Shown piece after piece: positions 18,749 through 28,618 of a stretch of 64,000 nucleotides of DNA. The notes beneath the pieces are model-generated. The model made no database searches and had not been told where the DNA came from. It saw only the letters and a list, made by a program, of their open reading frames with translations. How positions within the stretch are numbered: position 1 is the stretch's first letter; each line of letters starts with the position of its first letter. The stretch is from an uncultured virus (IMG/VR IMGVR_UViG_3300046171_000308) (lineage: Duplodnaviria > Heunggongvirae > Uroviricota > Caudoviricetes). The position numbers were made by a program, and so were the translations under genes. Location of the stretch: the IMG/VR virus record IMGVR_UViG_3300046171_000308; one strand, given 5' to 3'.

Positions 18749-18995
18749 GTGGCACTCTGCATCTCAGAGCCCAAAGGGTTGTGAAACCCTCTACGTCCCG
18801 GAACGACTTTCGTCGCAATCAATCTAGGTCAAGATTAAGTAAACTTTGGAGGTCTACTTCGTCTTCGCCCAGAAAAGCTGTCCAGGGGTTGTGTACGCCC
18901 TCTTTTCTATGACCTTGATGTCTTCTCTTTAATGCAGGTGGGACGCAACGTGCCACTTATATCAAGGTCATAGAACCTGCTTCTTAAAAAGAGAA
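18749..18995 (-). promoter_or_regulatory. Structured 5' leader with competing or pseudoknotted helices
   Basis: GTGGCAC/GTGCCAC (18749/18950) crosses a 15-bp helix (18905-18919/18961-18975); CGAC-GAAA-GTCG GNRA loop on the minus strand. Confidence 0.55.
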
Positions 18996-19005
18996 TATAT
19001 ATCAC

Positions 19006-19040
19006 AAAAAAAAGAGACACATGTCTGGACATGTGTCTCT
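19006..19040 (-). terminator. Hairpin plus U8 terminator
   Basis: 13-bp perfect stem AGAGACACATGTC/GACATGTGTCTCT followed by a T8 tract on the minus strand. Confidence 0.75.
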
Positions 19041-19323
19041 ATTTCTTACTTATGTAACAGTGCCGGGAGGCACTATTACGGTAGGGCCAATCTTCTGTCA
19101 TAAATGACTTTCTGATTGTTCAAGTAACCAAAATTAATAATTGCGCCCAACTATAAATTCCTTAATGGTTACTTTCATCCTATGTTTCTATCTACTATCC
19201 AGCTTTGCGTAAAGCCGTATATGATAATAGTTTTCACACTAATAAATAGGCTGGGCGAACCATGCCTTTTTGTTACTGGACTACTGTTATTAAATTGAGT
19301 TAGGTCGTAGTCACCTCCCGTCC

Positions 19324-19356
19324 TCATATTGTAGCGCCGAGCTAAGTAGTATTACT
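19324..19356 (-). promoter_or_regulatory. Bipartite motif copy 1 (AGTARTACTAC-N8-GCGCTACAATATGA), putative promoter
   Basis: Four copies with an identical 14-mer, an 11-mer with one variable base, and a fixed 8-nt variable spacer. Confidence 0.75.
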
Positions 19357-19864
19357 TAGTCAGCTTCCACTTATTACTAGTATTTACAACAAAATTTAGC
19401 TGTGAAGCTAATTTCTGCTATATTCACAGTACATAGATATTATGGATTTGCAGTCCTTAATTTCTATGGTAATAATCTCCATCTCTTTCGGCGTTAACCG
19501 AAGGAGCCTACGAGAAATAACCTGGAGTTCAGTCTGGCTAGACCGTGGTTATTTCAAGTCCTTTAACATACTCAATTTTGCTTCGGAAAGCTCTATCGAA
19601 TATCTCAAAAATTCATTAGTTGCGTGGGTTGAGAACCCAGTACACTAATGCCCTGTTCTTTCGCTTTTGCGTCGGGATTTGCAAAGCGGCATTATTAGGA
19701 GTAACTCAGACGGGTGGCAGTTTACCGCCACGGTTCCGAGCTGTTCTGCTCCTATTTACTTATCACTTATCTAGCTAGAGACTAATACACTAATCACTTA
19801 GCGTTACTCTTAGCCATACACATAAAGTGCGGGGGCATATCGAGTGTTATGCTTACTCCCTGGC

Positions 19865-19897
19865 TCATATTGTAGCGCCTTTGGGAGTAGTATTACT
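19865..19897 (-). promoter_or_regulatory. Bipartite motif copy 2
   Basis: TCATATTGTAGCGC 19865-19878 and GTAGTATTACT 19887-19897. Confidence 0.75.
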
Positions 19898-20021
19898 TAT
19901 ACACTTATCACTCCCATAGTGGGAATGTTGTTTTACTCATTTTTTTGAGTATTATAATTTGTCTCCAGGAGCGAGTTTTTCTGCATGTTCGTCCTGTTCT
20001 TTAGTTAATTCTTTCAATGAT

Positions 20022-20210
20022 TTAGCCATTTTTAACAGGCCTTTGTCGTTTTATTTGGGTTTCTAGAGTTTCAATATACTCTCGTAGAGCTAGGATTTGT
20101 TCGTTCTTTTCTTGAAGCCAAGTTTCTAATTTTCTAACTTGTGCTTCTAAATCCCATATCTCTCGTTTCTCAGGTGATGGTCTCCCTTGTGGAGGTCCCC
20201 ATCCACCCAT
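20022..20210 (-). CDS. Small coiled-coil protein
   Basis: 62-aa ORF, TAATG coupling with the upstream gene. Confidence 0.65.
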   Translation of the reverse strand: MGGWGPPQGRPSPEKREIWDLEAQVRKLETWLQEKNEQILALREYIETLETQIKRQRPVKNG

Positions 20211-20497
20211 TATTCATCATCTCCGAATCGCATTATCATATCTTTAGTTGCTTGACTAGCTTGTTCCATTGCTGGTATCATGCTAAATCGTGCAAAAATA
20301 TGACCGCATTTTAATCTCGGTCCGATTATTTTTTGTCCATCAGGCAGATACGCTTCGACGATTATGTCGGTGTGTCGTATGCCTTCTGTAACTACTGTTA
20401 CTTCTGTACCGATATCTTCTTGGGTCCAAATTTTTTCTTCTTCATTGTTCTTCATAATTTTACCTCCTACCGTAGTAGGATACTTATTGTTATTCAT
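20210..20497 (-). CDS. Hypothetical protein
   Basis: 95-aa ORF. Confidence 0.65.
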   Translation of the reverse strand: MNNNKYPTTVGGKIMKNNEEEKIWTQEDIGTEVTVVTEGIRHTDIIVEAYLPDGQKIIGPRLKCGHIFARFSMIPAMEQASQATKDMIMRFGDDE

Positions 20498-21144
20498 CGC
20501 TTATTTCTAGCTTTTCGGTTCTTTAGTCCCAAGTTTTCAGGACCCCAATTGAATTCTTGGGGCACTTCAACTATAATACTAGTTCTTGTAACCTTTTCAC
20601 CAGCTTTGTGCTGTTCATAACGTTTTAGCATGGTCTTTTTACGCATGGTTCCTATACTCTTTGTATTTCTAGGGGTTGCGTGTCCATTTGCTAAATGTTC
20701 ATCTAATTTAATTTGAACAAGGCCTTCAGGCCCATTTAGCCAAGAAAACAGGTCAGTGCCCGTTTCTTCTTTAGCTATTTCCATAGTCATTAATAGATGA
20801 TTTTGTCTTATATTTGTTGTCCTTAGAAAGTTATGGAAACCATAGCCTCTATTCAACATAATTAATTGCACCAGTTCTTCGTGCGAGTACTTCTGCATCA
20901 GAAATGCAGTATGTATACTCAAACATTCATCATCACAAGTCTTTCGTCTATTACTTGTTTTGAATTTAGTATTGCATACTATACATTCTCGCTCTACTTC
21001 TGGTCTGTGTTCAACCCACCATTCTTCTCGGCAGGCTTGTTTACAAAATCTGTTGCCATTTTGTATTGCAACATATTTTTTATGACACATGTCACATGAG
21101 TGTAATTGCCCAATTAAGGGGCTGGATTTGCTTCCTTTTCTCAT
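20494..21144 (-). CDS. Zinc-finger protein
   Basis: Two CxxC...CxxxC units (CDMC..CKQAC; CIVC..CDDEC). Confidence 0.7.
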   Translation of the reverse strand: MRKGSKSSPLIGQLHSCDMCHKKYVAIQNGNRFCKQACREEWWVEHRPEVERECIVCNTKFKTSNRRKTCDDECLSIHTAFLMQKYSHEELVQLIMLNRGYGFHNFLRTTNIRQNHLLMTMEIAKEETGTDLFSWLNGPEGLVQIKLDEHLANGHATPRNTKSIGTMRKKTMLKRYEQHKAGEKVTRTSIIVEVPQEFNWGPENLGLKNRKARNKR

Positions 21145-21379
21145 GCTTGTGGCCTCGCATCATAATCTAAATTAATTGAGGGTTCTAGATTTTCAATGTA
21201 AATGTACTCTTCAGTCGCTATTACAAATTTGATTTTCTTATCCATTTTTCTATCACCTCAATTCTTCTTTCTAGTGCTCTGTTCTTAGACACTAGTCTTT
21301 TAACTTGTCGTCGAAGCTCATTGGCCTCTATTTCAAGTTGTCTTTGTGTTGTAAATGTCTTTACTCTGTTCACTTATTA

Positions 21380-22000
21380 CTACCATTTAACCGGGTAACA
21401 ACCCAGCTCATATTTGGCAGTATCTATAGAATGTTGACCAACGACGATAATGTGGTGTTTATCGCCAATAAAGTGGAGCATGGGGGTAAACCCGTTACTC
21501 GGTTGCTCATGTTCTTCTCTCAAAGTGATAGATTTCACTTCAAACACTTGGTCATTCTGATACATGAGAGCCCTTCTTAGTCTGGAGCGCGAAACCGCTA
21601 CTCCTAAAATTTCAACATGGTCTGCATTGAAGTGCTTTCTATCGCCTGAATAGGCGAAAAATTCTCCTTCTCGGTGACCAATCATTTTCATTTGCTCTCT
21701 AAGTTTTATAGCGGTTAAACCGCCCTTTCTTGTTATTTTACATTTATCTTCATTTAAATCATTCATACGAAGTTCTAACTCAAACTTGAAACATTTGGTA
21801 TCAACTTTGGCTGCGAAAATCGTAGAAAAGACAAATGTGTGGGGCATAGCCCACTCATCAGTGTGAATGACATCAGTACATTCACATGGTTGACATAGTT
21901 CAGGGAGCCTCTCTCTTACTAACCTATTAGTGGTTGTAAGTGTAGGGCACCTTTTCTGAACAAATTTTTTACGTAGTTTTTCAAAAATTTCGTCGCTCAT
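21380..22000 (-). CDS. Hypothetical protein
   Basis: 206-aa ORF with ATAAGTGTATTAG leader. Confidence 0.75.
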   Translation of the reverse strand: MSDEIFEKLRKKFVQKRCPTLTTTNRLVRERLPELCQPCECTDVIHTDEWAMPHTFVFSTIFAAKVDTKCFKFELELRMNDLNEDKCKITRKGGLTAIKLREQMKMIGHREGEFFAYSGDRKHFNADHVEILGVAVSRSRLRRALMYQNDQVFEVKSITLREEHEQPSNGFTPMLHFIGDKHHIIVVGQHSIDTAKYELGCYPVKW

Positions 22001-22022
22001 TTTTCTCTAATACACTTATTGG

Positions 22023-22517
22023 TTATTCACCGCCCCATATATCAACAGAAGGATAATAGGTTTTATCGACAGAGTCAAACACCATAGAAACGTATTTCCA
22101 AGTTTCCGGTTTTTTGAATGTCTCAAATCGCTTGTTATTATTTCCCTTGTGTCCATGGAAGGCATATAACCATGCTAAAAGTAAACCAGTTGCACCTGAA
22201 GTATACAGGTAAAAAGTTACTTTAGCGTTTGGTTGGCCAAAGTTTGCATGTATTCTGGCCTTAATAAATTTCAGAAAGTTAAAGACATGCTCGTAGTGAG
22301 CTTCCCAGTTTTGGGGTTCTATTACTTTCTTAGAGAATAGTGCAAACTTAATGGCGTTTCCATCTTCGTCTCTATACTTATGTCTATCATAAGATAATCC
22401 GATTTTGATTACGTAAGTTTCATCTTCTCTTTTTTCTAAATTTTCTAGTATGTAAGGCACAATGTGCCTATGAGTCCACTCTTCATCTGAGAGTGGGTCT
22501 AGTTCTTCTAGCGTCAT
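22023..22517 (-). CDS. Hypothetical protein
   Basis: 164-aa ORF. Confidence 0.75.
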   Translation of the reverse strand: MTLEELDPLSDEEWTHRHIVPYILENLEKREDETYVIKIGLSYDRHKYRDEDGNAIKFALFSKKVIEPQNWEAHYEHVFNFLKFIKARIHANFGQPNAKVTFYLYTSGATGLLLAWLYAFHGHKGNNNKRFETFKKPETWKYVSMVFDSVDKTYYPSVDIWGGE

Positions 22518-22750
22518 GATAACACCCCAAAGGCGTTAACGACGTTTTCAATATCTTCATCTACTGGGTTAATTACTTCTTTTGCGTTAATTCTTTCTTG
22601 CATAGCAATCACTATTTGTTGTGAATCGAGATGCAATTTCTCTGTTAAATTTAACATAAAGTCTACCAATAGATTTTCTATTTCTTCGACATGTGGCGTT
22701 TTAGTTGGTTTCCCTCTAACCCGCTGCCATAGTTTGTGTAGTCTGCTCAT
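22514..22750 (-). CDS. Hypothetical protein
   Basis: 78-aa ORF with ATGA overlaps on both sides. Confidence 0.65.
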   Translation of the reverse strand: MSRLHKLWQRVRGKPTKTPHVEEIENLLVDFMLNLTEKLHLDSQQIVIAMQERINAKEVINPVDEDIENVVNAFGVLS

Positions 22751-23154
22751 GCAGGTACCTCTATAGCATCTGTCTTGGTTTTGTCAAACTCCGCCATTTC
22801 GGCTTTGTTTGCTTCTGCCAGTATTTCTAGCGAACTCATTACATTGAAGGTAAAAGACGCAGCTTTGCCTGTGGCACAGCGTGTCAATAGGCCAGCACGG
22901 TTACTAGAAAGCCGCTGAATAATATTCTTCGTTCCTTCTGCTGTTCGTGCTGGTTTTCCCTTTACATGTGTTATGTTCACCGTTATTTGCGAGTAGTTTA
23001 TTTCGCTACTCTTGTTGTGCATAGCTAGTGCTAGACCCCAGGCAGTTTCATTAAACAGTTCTGGTTTTTTGCGGTATTGTACCGGTAGTCTATCTTTTAT
23101 TTCTTTTACTAGCCACAATTTCAATGGGTTCAAAATCATCTTCATTTCTTCCAT
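22747..23154 (-). CDS. Hypothetical protein (possible winged helix)
   Basis: 135-aa ORF. Confidence 0.65.
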   Translation of the reverse strand: MEEMKMILNPLKLWLVKEIKDRLPVQYRKKPELFNETAWGLALAMHNKSSEINYSQITVNITHVKGKPARTAEGTKNIIQRLSSNRAGLLTRCATGKAASFTFNVMSSLEILAEANKAEMAEFDKTKTDAIEVPA

Positions 23155-23198
23155 TTTTGTCTTATTACTGCTCTAGGCAGTATTGGTTGGTATGTTGC

Positions 23199-24356
23199 TT
23201 AAAATAAGTTTAGCTTACTCAGTAAGTCTTTTATTTCGTCTACTTCAGCAGGTTCTTCTTGAATATCAGGTTCAATGATTTCCTCTACTTCTTCAACGGG
23301 TTCTTCAACTTCTGGCTTGTCACTAACTTCGTAAGTCCACAAACCTTCATCATAAATGCAGCGCAAAGCAGGTTGTAAGTCCCGGGCGATTCCCCAGGCC
23401 CACTTCTCGTTTGCGCGTTTTATCTCATTTAGTTCTTTTAAGTCTTTTAGCGAAGCATATTCAGCTCCGTGTTCAACATCCCATAATTCTTGCATTTCTT
23501 GGTATAAATAGGAATTAGTGCTAAATATACTTGAATGTCTATCTGTTAGGTTAATCAGGTTCTCTCCAACAAAGTTTTGCTGAAGTGTACCGATTTGTCC
23601 TTTAAGGTAAGGTTTTAGGTTCCCGTCTAGGCGCTTGTCAGCACCTCTTATTGCTCGGGTCCTAAATAAGGTAGTAATGTTTTCCTCGGTGACTAAATCT
23701 TCACCAAAGCTACCTTTGTCCATTTCTAGCTGTATATCCTCAAACTTGAGCCGTCCTTTGTCCAGGAAGATTTTGGCAACAGTGCACAAAGTCTTCTGGT
23801 CGTCGTATAAACTCTTTAGAGTAGCTAGTGTTTCATCGCTAAGATTGTAACTTAGCGCGGTTTTTAGGTCAGGCGTAATAAACTCGGCTCTTGATAATTT
23901 CATAGCCGCAATTTTATTGTTTATACCTGGTCCTGTTTTCCAATGCGCGTCACCGAACACTGCATTATTACATGCAGTAGCCCAAAAGGCGCGCAATATT
24001 ATTGCTTGTCTAGACTTGTAATAAGTCTTGACAGATTTTTTGCTAAAACCGACTGAAAACTTCTTGATTTGTGAATGGCTAGGGAAAAATTGTCGCATAA
24101 CGCGCTTAATTTCTTTAGCCGTCCGGCCTTCATTTTTTAGAATGCCTCGGACAAAACTAGCAAAGGTGCTGTTTGGTCCACAAACCTTGGTAATCGAAGA
24201 TGGTAGGCTCAAGTGTAGGTGGCCAAATCCATCAACGCGTCCGTTGGTTTTCATCATTGTTTTCTCAGGTATAGCTTCTCGCCAACCTGCGTCTGTAGCT
24301 GGTATTAAAACCATAGTCGCAAGCAGGCTTGTCAAAATAATTGTTAGTTCAATCAT
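23199..24356 (-). CDS. Hypothetical protein with signal-peptide-like N-terminus and acidic tail
   Basis: MIELTIILTSLLATMVLIPATDA. Confidence 0.75.
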   Translation of the reverse strand: MIELTIILTSLLATMVLIPATDAGWREAIPEKTMMKTNGRVDGFGHLHLSLPSSITKVCGPNSTFASFVRGILKNEGRTAKEIKRVMRQFFPSHSQIKKFSVGFSKKSVKTYYKSRQAIILRAFWATACNNAVFGDAHWKTGPGINNKIAAMKLSRAEFITPDLKTALSYNLSDETLATLKSLYDDQKTLCTVAKIFLDKGRLKFEDIQLEMDKGSFGEDLVTEENITTLFRTRAIRGADKRLDGNLKPYLKGQIGTLQQNFVGENLINLTDRHSSIFSTNSYLYQEMQELWDVEHGAEYASLKDLKELNEIKRANEKWAWGIARDLQPALRCIYDEGLWTYEVSDKPEVEEPVEEVEEIIEPDIQEEPAEVDEIKDLLSKLNLF

Positions 24357-24362
24357 AGTTCT

Positions 24363-24703
24363 CTAATCACACTTATGAGTCCCGAGAGGCAGAGCCTCAA
24401 GGGAAACGAATTGTTGGTTTTATTCATAGGCAATGGTATAAGCAATACGTAGTATTTCTTCTATTGCCTTTTCAGCTTCAGGGCCAAACATTCTAGGGCC
24501 AGTCCCGGCGTCCCAGCATAAATCGTCGAAGAAAGTCAGATATTGATTTTCCTCTTCTTTTTCGTCTATAAAATATTCAAACAATTCTCTCAATTTTATC
24601 TTCGTATCATCTAACATTTTTATGCTTTATAGATACTTGACTAATCACACTTATGAGTCCCGAGAGGCAGTGCCTCAAGGGAAACGAATTGTTGGTTTTA
24701 TTC
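24363..24703. repeat. 63-bp intergenic direct repeat (24363-24425 / 24641-24703) containing a hairpin and the ATAAGTGTGATTAG leader
   Basis: One mismatch, in the hairpin loop. Confidence 0.95.
24420..24617 (-). CDS. Small protein, paralog of 24698..24961
   Basis: Shared KLRELFE N-terminus and similar C-terminal helix. Confidence 0.7.
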   Translation of the reverse strand: MLDDTKIKLRELFEYFIDEKEEENQYLTFFDDLCWDAGTGPRMFGPEAEKAIEEILRIAYTIAYE

Positions 24704-24961
24704 TTGGGTAAACTCGAAAGCGAGATGTAGTATATCTGCTACCAGACATAGGACTGGCTCATTAATTTCGCAGTGTTCTCTCATTCCTCCATTATCGCAA
24801 GCTTTGCCCCACCAGTCGATGATTGCCGATTCAAGGCAAAGTTCGTGGTCTAAAATGGTTTCACCATTCTTCTCGGTTATTAACGGCTCCCATTTCCATT
24901 GCTTTTGTTTAATGTTCTCAAACAATTCTCTCAATTTATCCTTTAATGTTTTTTCATCCAT
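24698..24961 (-). CDS. Small protein, paralog of 24420..24617
   Basis: KDKLRELFEN...ADILHLAFEFTQE. Confidence 0.7.
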   Translation of the reverse strand: MDEKTLKDKLRELFENIKQKQWKWEPLITEKNGETILDHELCLESAIIDWWGKACDNGGMREHCEINEPVLCLVADILHLAFEFTQE

Positions 24962-25011
24962 ATAGACTTCTACATTAAAGACTAATCACACTTATTAGAG
25001 TCTTTACAGAC

Positions 25012-25404
25012 TCAAAGGTCACGAAGGGACTTGATTCGGGCTTCTCTAATTTTGCGAGCCGCCTCTTGTTCAAGTTCCCATTTTTCCTTCTTTGCTCTTT
25101 GCTCGATTTCTCTGAGCTTGGCTTCTTTTTCTCTTTCGAGAACCCACTCTTTGCCTAGAACCTCAATCATTAGGGCTCGATGGCAAGGAATAGTATCAAA
25201 AGGAGCTATAGCGTACTTGCGCCACCCAGCAGACCGCATAAAAGCGGCATTTCGGTAAGGGCGGGACGCGTGAGTCTCTATCTCCTTTATTGTATTATAC
25301 AGTTCAAGCAATTGCTCGTCTGTTAGTTCTGTTTCGTCTCTTACTTGACGAAAATAATTTAACCCTGTTAGGGTTTCTAATTCTGGTTTATTTGGTTCGT
25401 TCAT
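25012..25404 (-). CDS. Hypothetical protein
   Basis: 130-aa ORF, GAGGTGA SD upstream. Confidence 0.7.
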   Translation of the reverse strand: MNEPNKPELETLTGLNYFRQVRDETELTDEQLLELYNTIKEIETHASRPYRNAAFMRSAGWRKYAIAPFDTIPCHRALMIEVLGKEWVLEREKEAKLREIEQRAKKEKWELEQEAARKIREARIKSLRDL

Positions 25405-25640
25405 ATTGTTTCACCTCGACGCTCGGCATCAAGCCTGGCTTTTACTTTTTCGTATTCAGCCATAGCCGCTTTGCGTTTTTTGCCAATTTCTTCGTGCAAG
25501 TCAATGAGTTTTAACCACTCACTGTATACCTTGGCGTATTCAGGGTATGAAGGGCAGTCCATCCTTGGCTTTAGGTGTGGCTCTAAGGTCTTATCAATAT
25601 AATCTGTCCTATTTCTATAGTTTTTATCCATTTTTTTCAC
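25401..25640 (-). CDS. Hypothetical protein
   Basis: 79-aa ORF. Confidence 0.65.
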   Translation of the reverse strand: MKKMDKNYRNRTDYIDKTLEPHLKPRMDCPSYPEYAKVYSEWLKLIDLHEEIGKKRKAAMAEYEKVKARLDAERRGETI

Positions 25641-25657
25641 CGTTACCCTGTAGGTAA

Positions 25658-25740
25658 CTAATCACACTTATAGAGCCCCCAGTGTAGGCCGAAACCTTCC
25701 TGGGGGCAGTTATAGTCACTCGGACTATATTAGTTCATAT
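25658..25740 (-). promoter_or_regulatory. Two-hairpin intergenic element, second copy at 29360-29439
   Basis: Shared AGGCCGAAACCTTCC core; compensatory T-A to C-G change in the second stem. Confidence 0.75.
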
Positions 25741-25764
25741 TACGCTATCCAGTTTTTACTCTGT

Positions 25765-27672
25765 TCAATCGAATTTAGGAGTTTTGGACCTCTTAGAGCC
25801 CCTTTTCCTGTTTCTTTTGGTAGTTTTTGGTTCGTCGTTACTTCGGACAAGAGCCAAAAGCTCTGTCTTGTTCATGCTAGAATAGCCGGTTAGGGCTAGT
25901 TCTTTGCATCTTTCACGTAGTTCCTTGACAGTAGTAGTGTCCGGCCATAGAGGTCCGTTGTCGACAATATCAATATTGCCGAGACCTCCAATGGCGTCTT
26001 CAATGGTATTTGAATCAACTTTAGTGGTTTTGTACTTCTCGACGTCATATTCATCAGCCGAGTGTACTGCATCCTTTAGTTCTGCTAGCTTTTCAGCTTG
26101 CTTAACATCAGTTCGATTCTTCTTGTTGTTTTTGTTGGATTTCTTGCGAGGTGCCTTCTTCAGTCGGTTGACATCCTTCACCTTGGAGAGTGGTTTAGAC
26201 TCTAGGTTGGTAATGTCCTTTCCTTTAGATTTCTGCATCGCAGCCATAATGTAAAGTCCGGCAAGTCTAGCTTTGAGCCCATTATGCCCATTAAGCATAA
26301 TATTCATCCATGTGTATAGATGGGCCCCATTTTTCTTAAACTTGTCATCATTAGTAAATAACGGGGAGTGAACTCCTCGCATTTTGCAATAACTCAGGAC
26401 ATCTCCGCTGTAATGGTTATATCCTTCTTTCTTTACATTCCAAAATGGTGTATTTCTAACACCATTTGTAGGTCCAAAATAGCATCTCAGACCATTCCAG
26501 TCTGAGCGCGATTTCAACTTTGATTCACCATTTCTGTTTATTGTGACCATTTTTTCTAGCATTGATGTGCAATGCCAGACAAGATATTCCTGACTGTTCT
26601 TAGTCATGACAATCTTAAATCGTCTTAGTTTCTGGGCAAGTATTTCAGTCTTAGCTTGACTGACTTTCATTTTTGTCCAAGATACTTTGTCAAGTAGTGT
26701 TGTACTTTTATCAGCATTTAATTCATACTGAGTCTTTAAGTCCTTTTCTACCGTTTTCGTGGCAGACTCATCGCCTGCCGTGTACTTCATCATATCAACG
26801 ATTTGTACACCGAAATAATCAGATTTAATGGGCATATTCCTTTCATTAAACTTGTTGTCGACCAGTTCTTCTGACCAGACTCTAAAGTCTTCGTGGAATT
26901 TTTCCCATCTATCATCTATAAAATTCGAATTGTACTCTTCATAATTACATGTATTCTTTACTTGAAGTGTGGCTATCTTCTCAGCAGCCTTAACGAATCC
27001 CATTTGTATTAAACCAGGGATATGTTTTTCTTCAGTAAGATGTAACTTGTAAGGTCCTAGGTCGAGTTCATCGCGTAGGTCCTTTAGTAGAGTAAATAAT
27101 TTGTCGTGATTGAAGGAAATGTGCAACATTGAATGGTTCAAGTGCTTTTTATTTTCCTTCAATACTTCTGGATAACTTAAGATAGCATGTAACAGGTAAT
27201 CAAGTCTCATTGCTTGGTCGTTAATCCTGTTATCTAGCTTATCATATTGTTCCTTTAGTTCTTTTTGCAAAACATCAAGGAAATTCCCTTGTTCTTCATG
27301 AGCGCAGAGTTTTACAACTCGGTTCATAAAGGCTTTAGGGGTTTCAATACCCAGTTCTTCAGTAGCCCATTTTTGGGTATACTTCTGGTTTTTACCAGCT
27401 TGTTTATTTTGCCCAGGAGCAATTTTAATTTTTGCTCGTCTAGGCTTTCGCTGGCGTTTGTTATCTTTTGACACCATGAGTACTCCTCCAGCTAGTGTCC
27501 AGAATGGGTTCTCGAAAATCAGATTTCCAAGGTTTATTTCTGGTACGCTGCTGTCAGCATCTAGGTGTTCATTATTTTTTGCTTCATTAGCTTCTGCTTC
27601 TGCTGTATGTATGGCGCTTAGAGCACCAAATACAAGCATTAGCATAACTATTATTCTTGCTATTAATTTCAT
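25765..27672 (-). CDS. Large basic protein with signal-peptide-like N-terminus and C-terminal SAP/Rho_N-like helix-extension-helix
   Basis: MKLIARIIVMLMLVFGALSAIHTAEA; TVKELRERCKELALTGYSSMNKTELLALV. Confidence 0.75.
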   Translation of the reverse strand: MKLIARIIVMLMLVFGALSAIHTAEAEANEAKNNEHLDADSSVPEINLGNLIFENPFWTLAGGVLMVSKDNKRQRKPRRAKIKIAPGQNKQAGKNQKYTQKWATEELGIETPKAFMNRVVKLCAHEEQGNFLDVLQKELKEQYDKLDNRINDQAMRLDYLLHAILSYPEVLKENKKHLNHSMLHISFNHDKLFTLLKDLRDELDLGPYKLHLTEEKHIPGLIQMGFVKAAEKIATLQVKNTCNYEEYNSNFIDDRWEKFHEDFRVWSEELVDNKFNERNMPIKSDYFGVQIVDMMKYTAGDESATKTVEKDLKTQYELNADKSTTLLDKVSWTKMKVSQAKTEILAQKLRRFKIVMTKNSQEYLVWHCTSMLEKMVTINRNGESKLKSRSDWNGLRCYFGPTNGVRNTPFWNVKKEGYNHYSGDVLSYCKMRGVHSPLFTNDDKFKKNGAHLYTWMNIMLNGHNGLKARLAGLYIMAAMQKSKGKDITNLESKPLSKVKDVNRLKKAPRKKSNKNNKKNRTDVKQAEKLAELKDAVHSADEYDVEKYKTTKVDSNTIEDAIGGLGNIDIVDNGPLWPDTTTVKELRERCKELALTGYSSMNKTELLALVRSNDEPKTTKRNRKRGSKRSKTPKFD

Positions 27673-27690
27673 ATTAATCTAATCACACTT

Positions 27691-27731
27691 AAAATAAAAA
27701 AAACCGGGATAGTTTTAACGCTATCCCGGTT
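27691..27731 (-). terminator. Hairpin plus U-tract terminator
   Basis: 11-bp stem AACCGGGATAG/CTATCCCGGTT followed by a T-rich tract on the minus strand. Confidence 0.8.
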
Positions 27732-28465
27732 AATTGATATAAAAACCCGCCAACTTCCGCGCACCACTGAGCCCCCGGCTTTATCCGGTGGGGCTCACTA
27801 ATGTGGGCGTATATCCTCGAGCTCTTGCGAGCTTCGTAGCTGGAGTTCTGTTCCCCTCTAAAAGAGGGTTGATAAATTACTGTGCGACCTTACCCACTAA
27901 CTTCATCAGCTAGCAGGTTCGCCGGGCTTAAGCCCTATTTTGGTCTCATGATTTTATATCAGGACTCACGAAGAGTCCCTGGCGAGTGTGGTAAATTGTG
28001 TGTGTGCGTAATGCACTTAATTTTTCAGTTGGAGGCACTTCTAGCATAAGCTAGCATACCATACAGGTTGTCCAACAACCTTCCAATCAGTTTTCATCAC
28101 TCACTTATCTCGGTTTGGGGGTATGACTTTTGGTCACCTCGACTTTGCAGTCAGATTCTCCCCATGCCGAGGTTGTGCTTACCGCACTGATAGGCTCCCA
28201 ATCCACGAATGGCAGAGGGAGCTTGAGTCTCTTAATCTAGTATTGTTGCCTAAATTTATATCTTCCAGTACTAGATAGATAAGAGGTGTACGTCGTCGTT
28301 TATTGGTGGGTGCTTTCTTACTCGTAACATCTGTAGGCATACATATAATGTTACGCGCCTCTCCGGCGTATGTAGCTTAACTACATCTCACCTGCCTTTA
28401 TATTTTATTACCGTACTAATTGAAGGGAGGCTTTGCATTGTTTACTTTGTCTCCTGCTCTCTCCT
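27691..28465 (-). ncRNA. Putative structured ncRNA (about 770 nt)
   Basis: ORF-free; runs from motif copy 3 to the terminator; many GC-rich stems and a multibranch domain at 28109-28171. Confidence 0.6.
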
Positions 28466-28498
28466 TCATATTGTAGCGCCGCCCAAAGTAGTACTACT
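28466..28498 (-). promoter_or_regulatory. Bipartite motif copy 3
   Basis: TCATATTGTAGCGC 28466-28479 and GTAGTACTACT 28488-28498. Confidence 0.75.
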
Positions 28499-28618
28499 TG
28501 AGCAGCTGTGCTTACCGCACTTATCCCCGCCCTAGGGAAGTTGGTACAGGGCTTGAGTCCATATCTGATGGGGTCTCCGTCGCTCGATGGCGGTACCTTT
28601 TAGAGTTAACATAAGCAA

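Larger units (their letters stand above)
19006..19865 (-). ncRNA. Two putative structured ncRNAs (about 320 nt and about 500 nt), each downstream of a conserved bipartite motif
   Basis: No credible ORF; many stem-loops; bounded by motif copies at 19324 and 19865 and the terminator at 19006. Confidence 0.55.
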
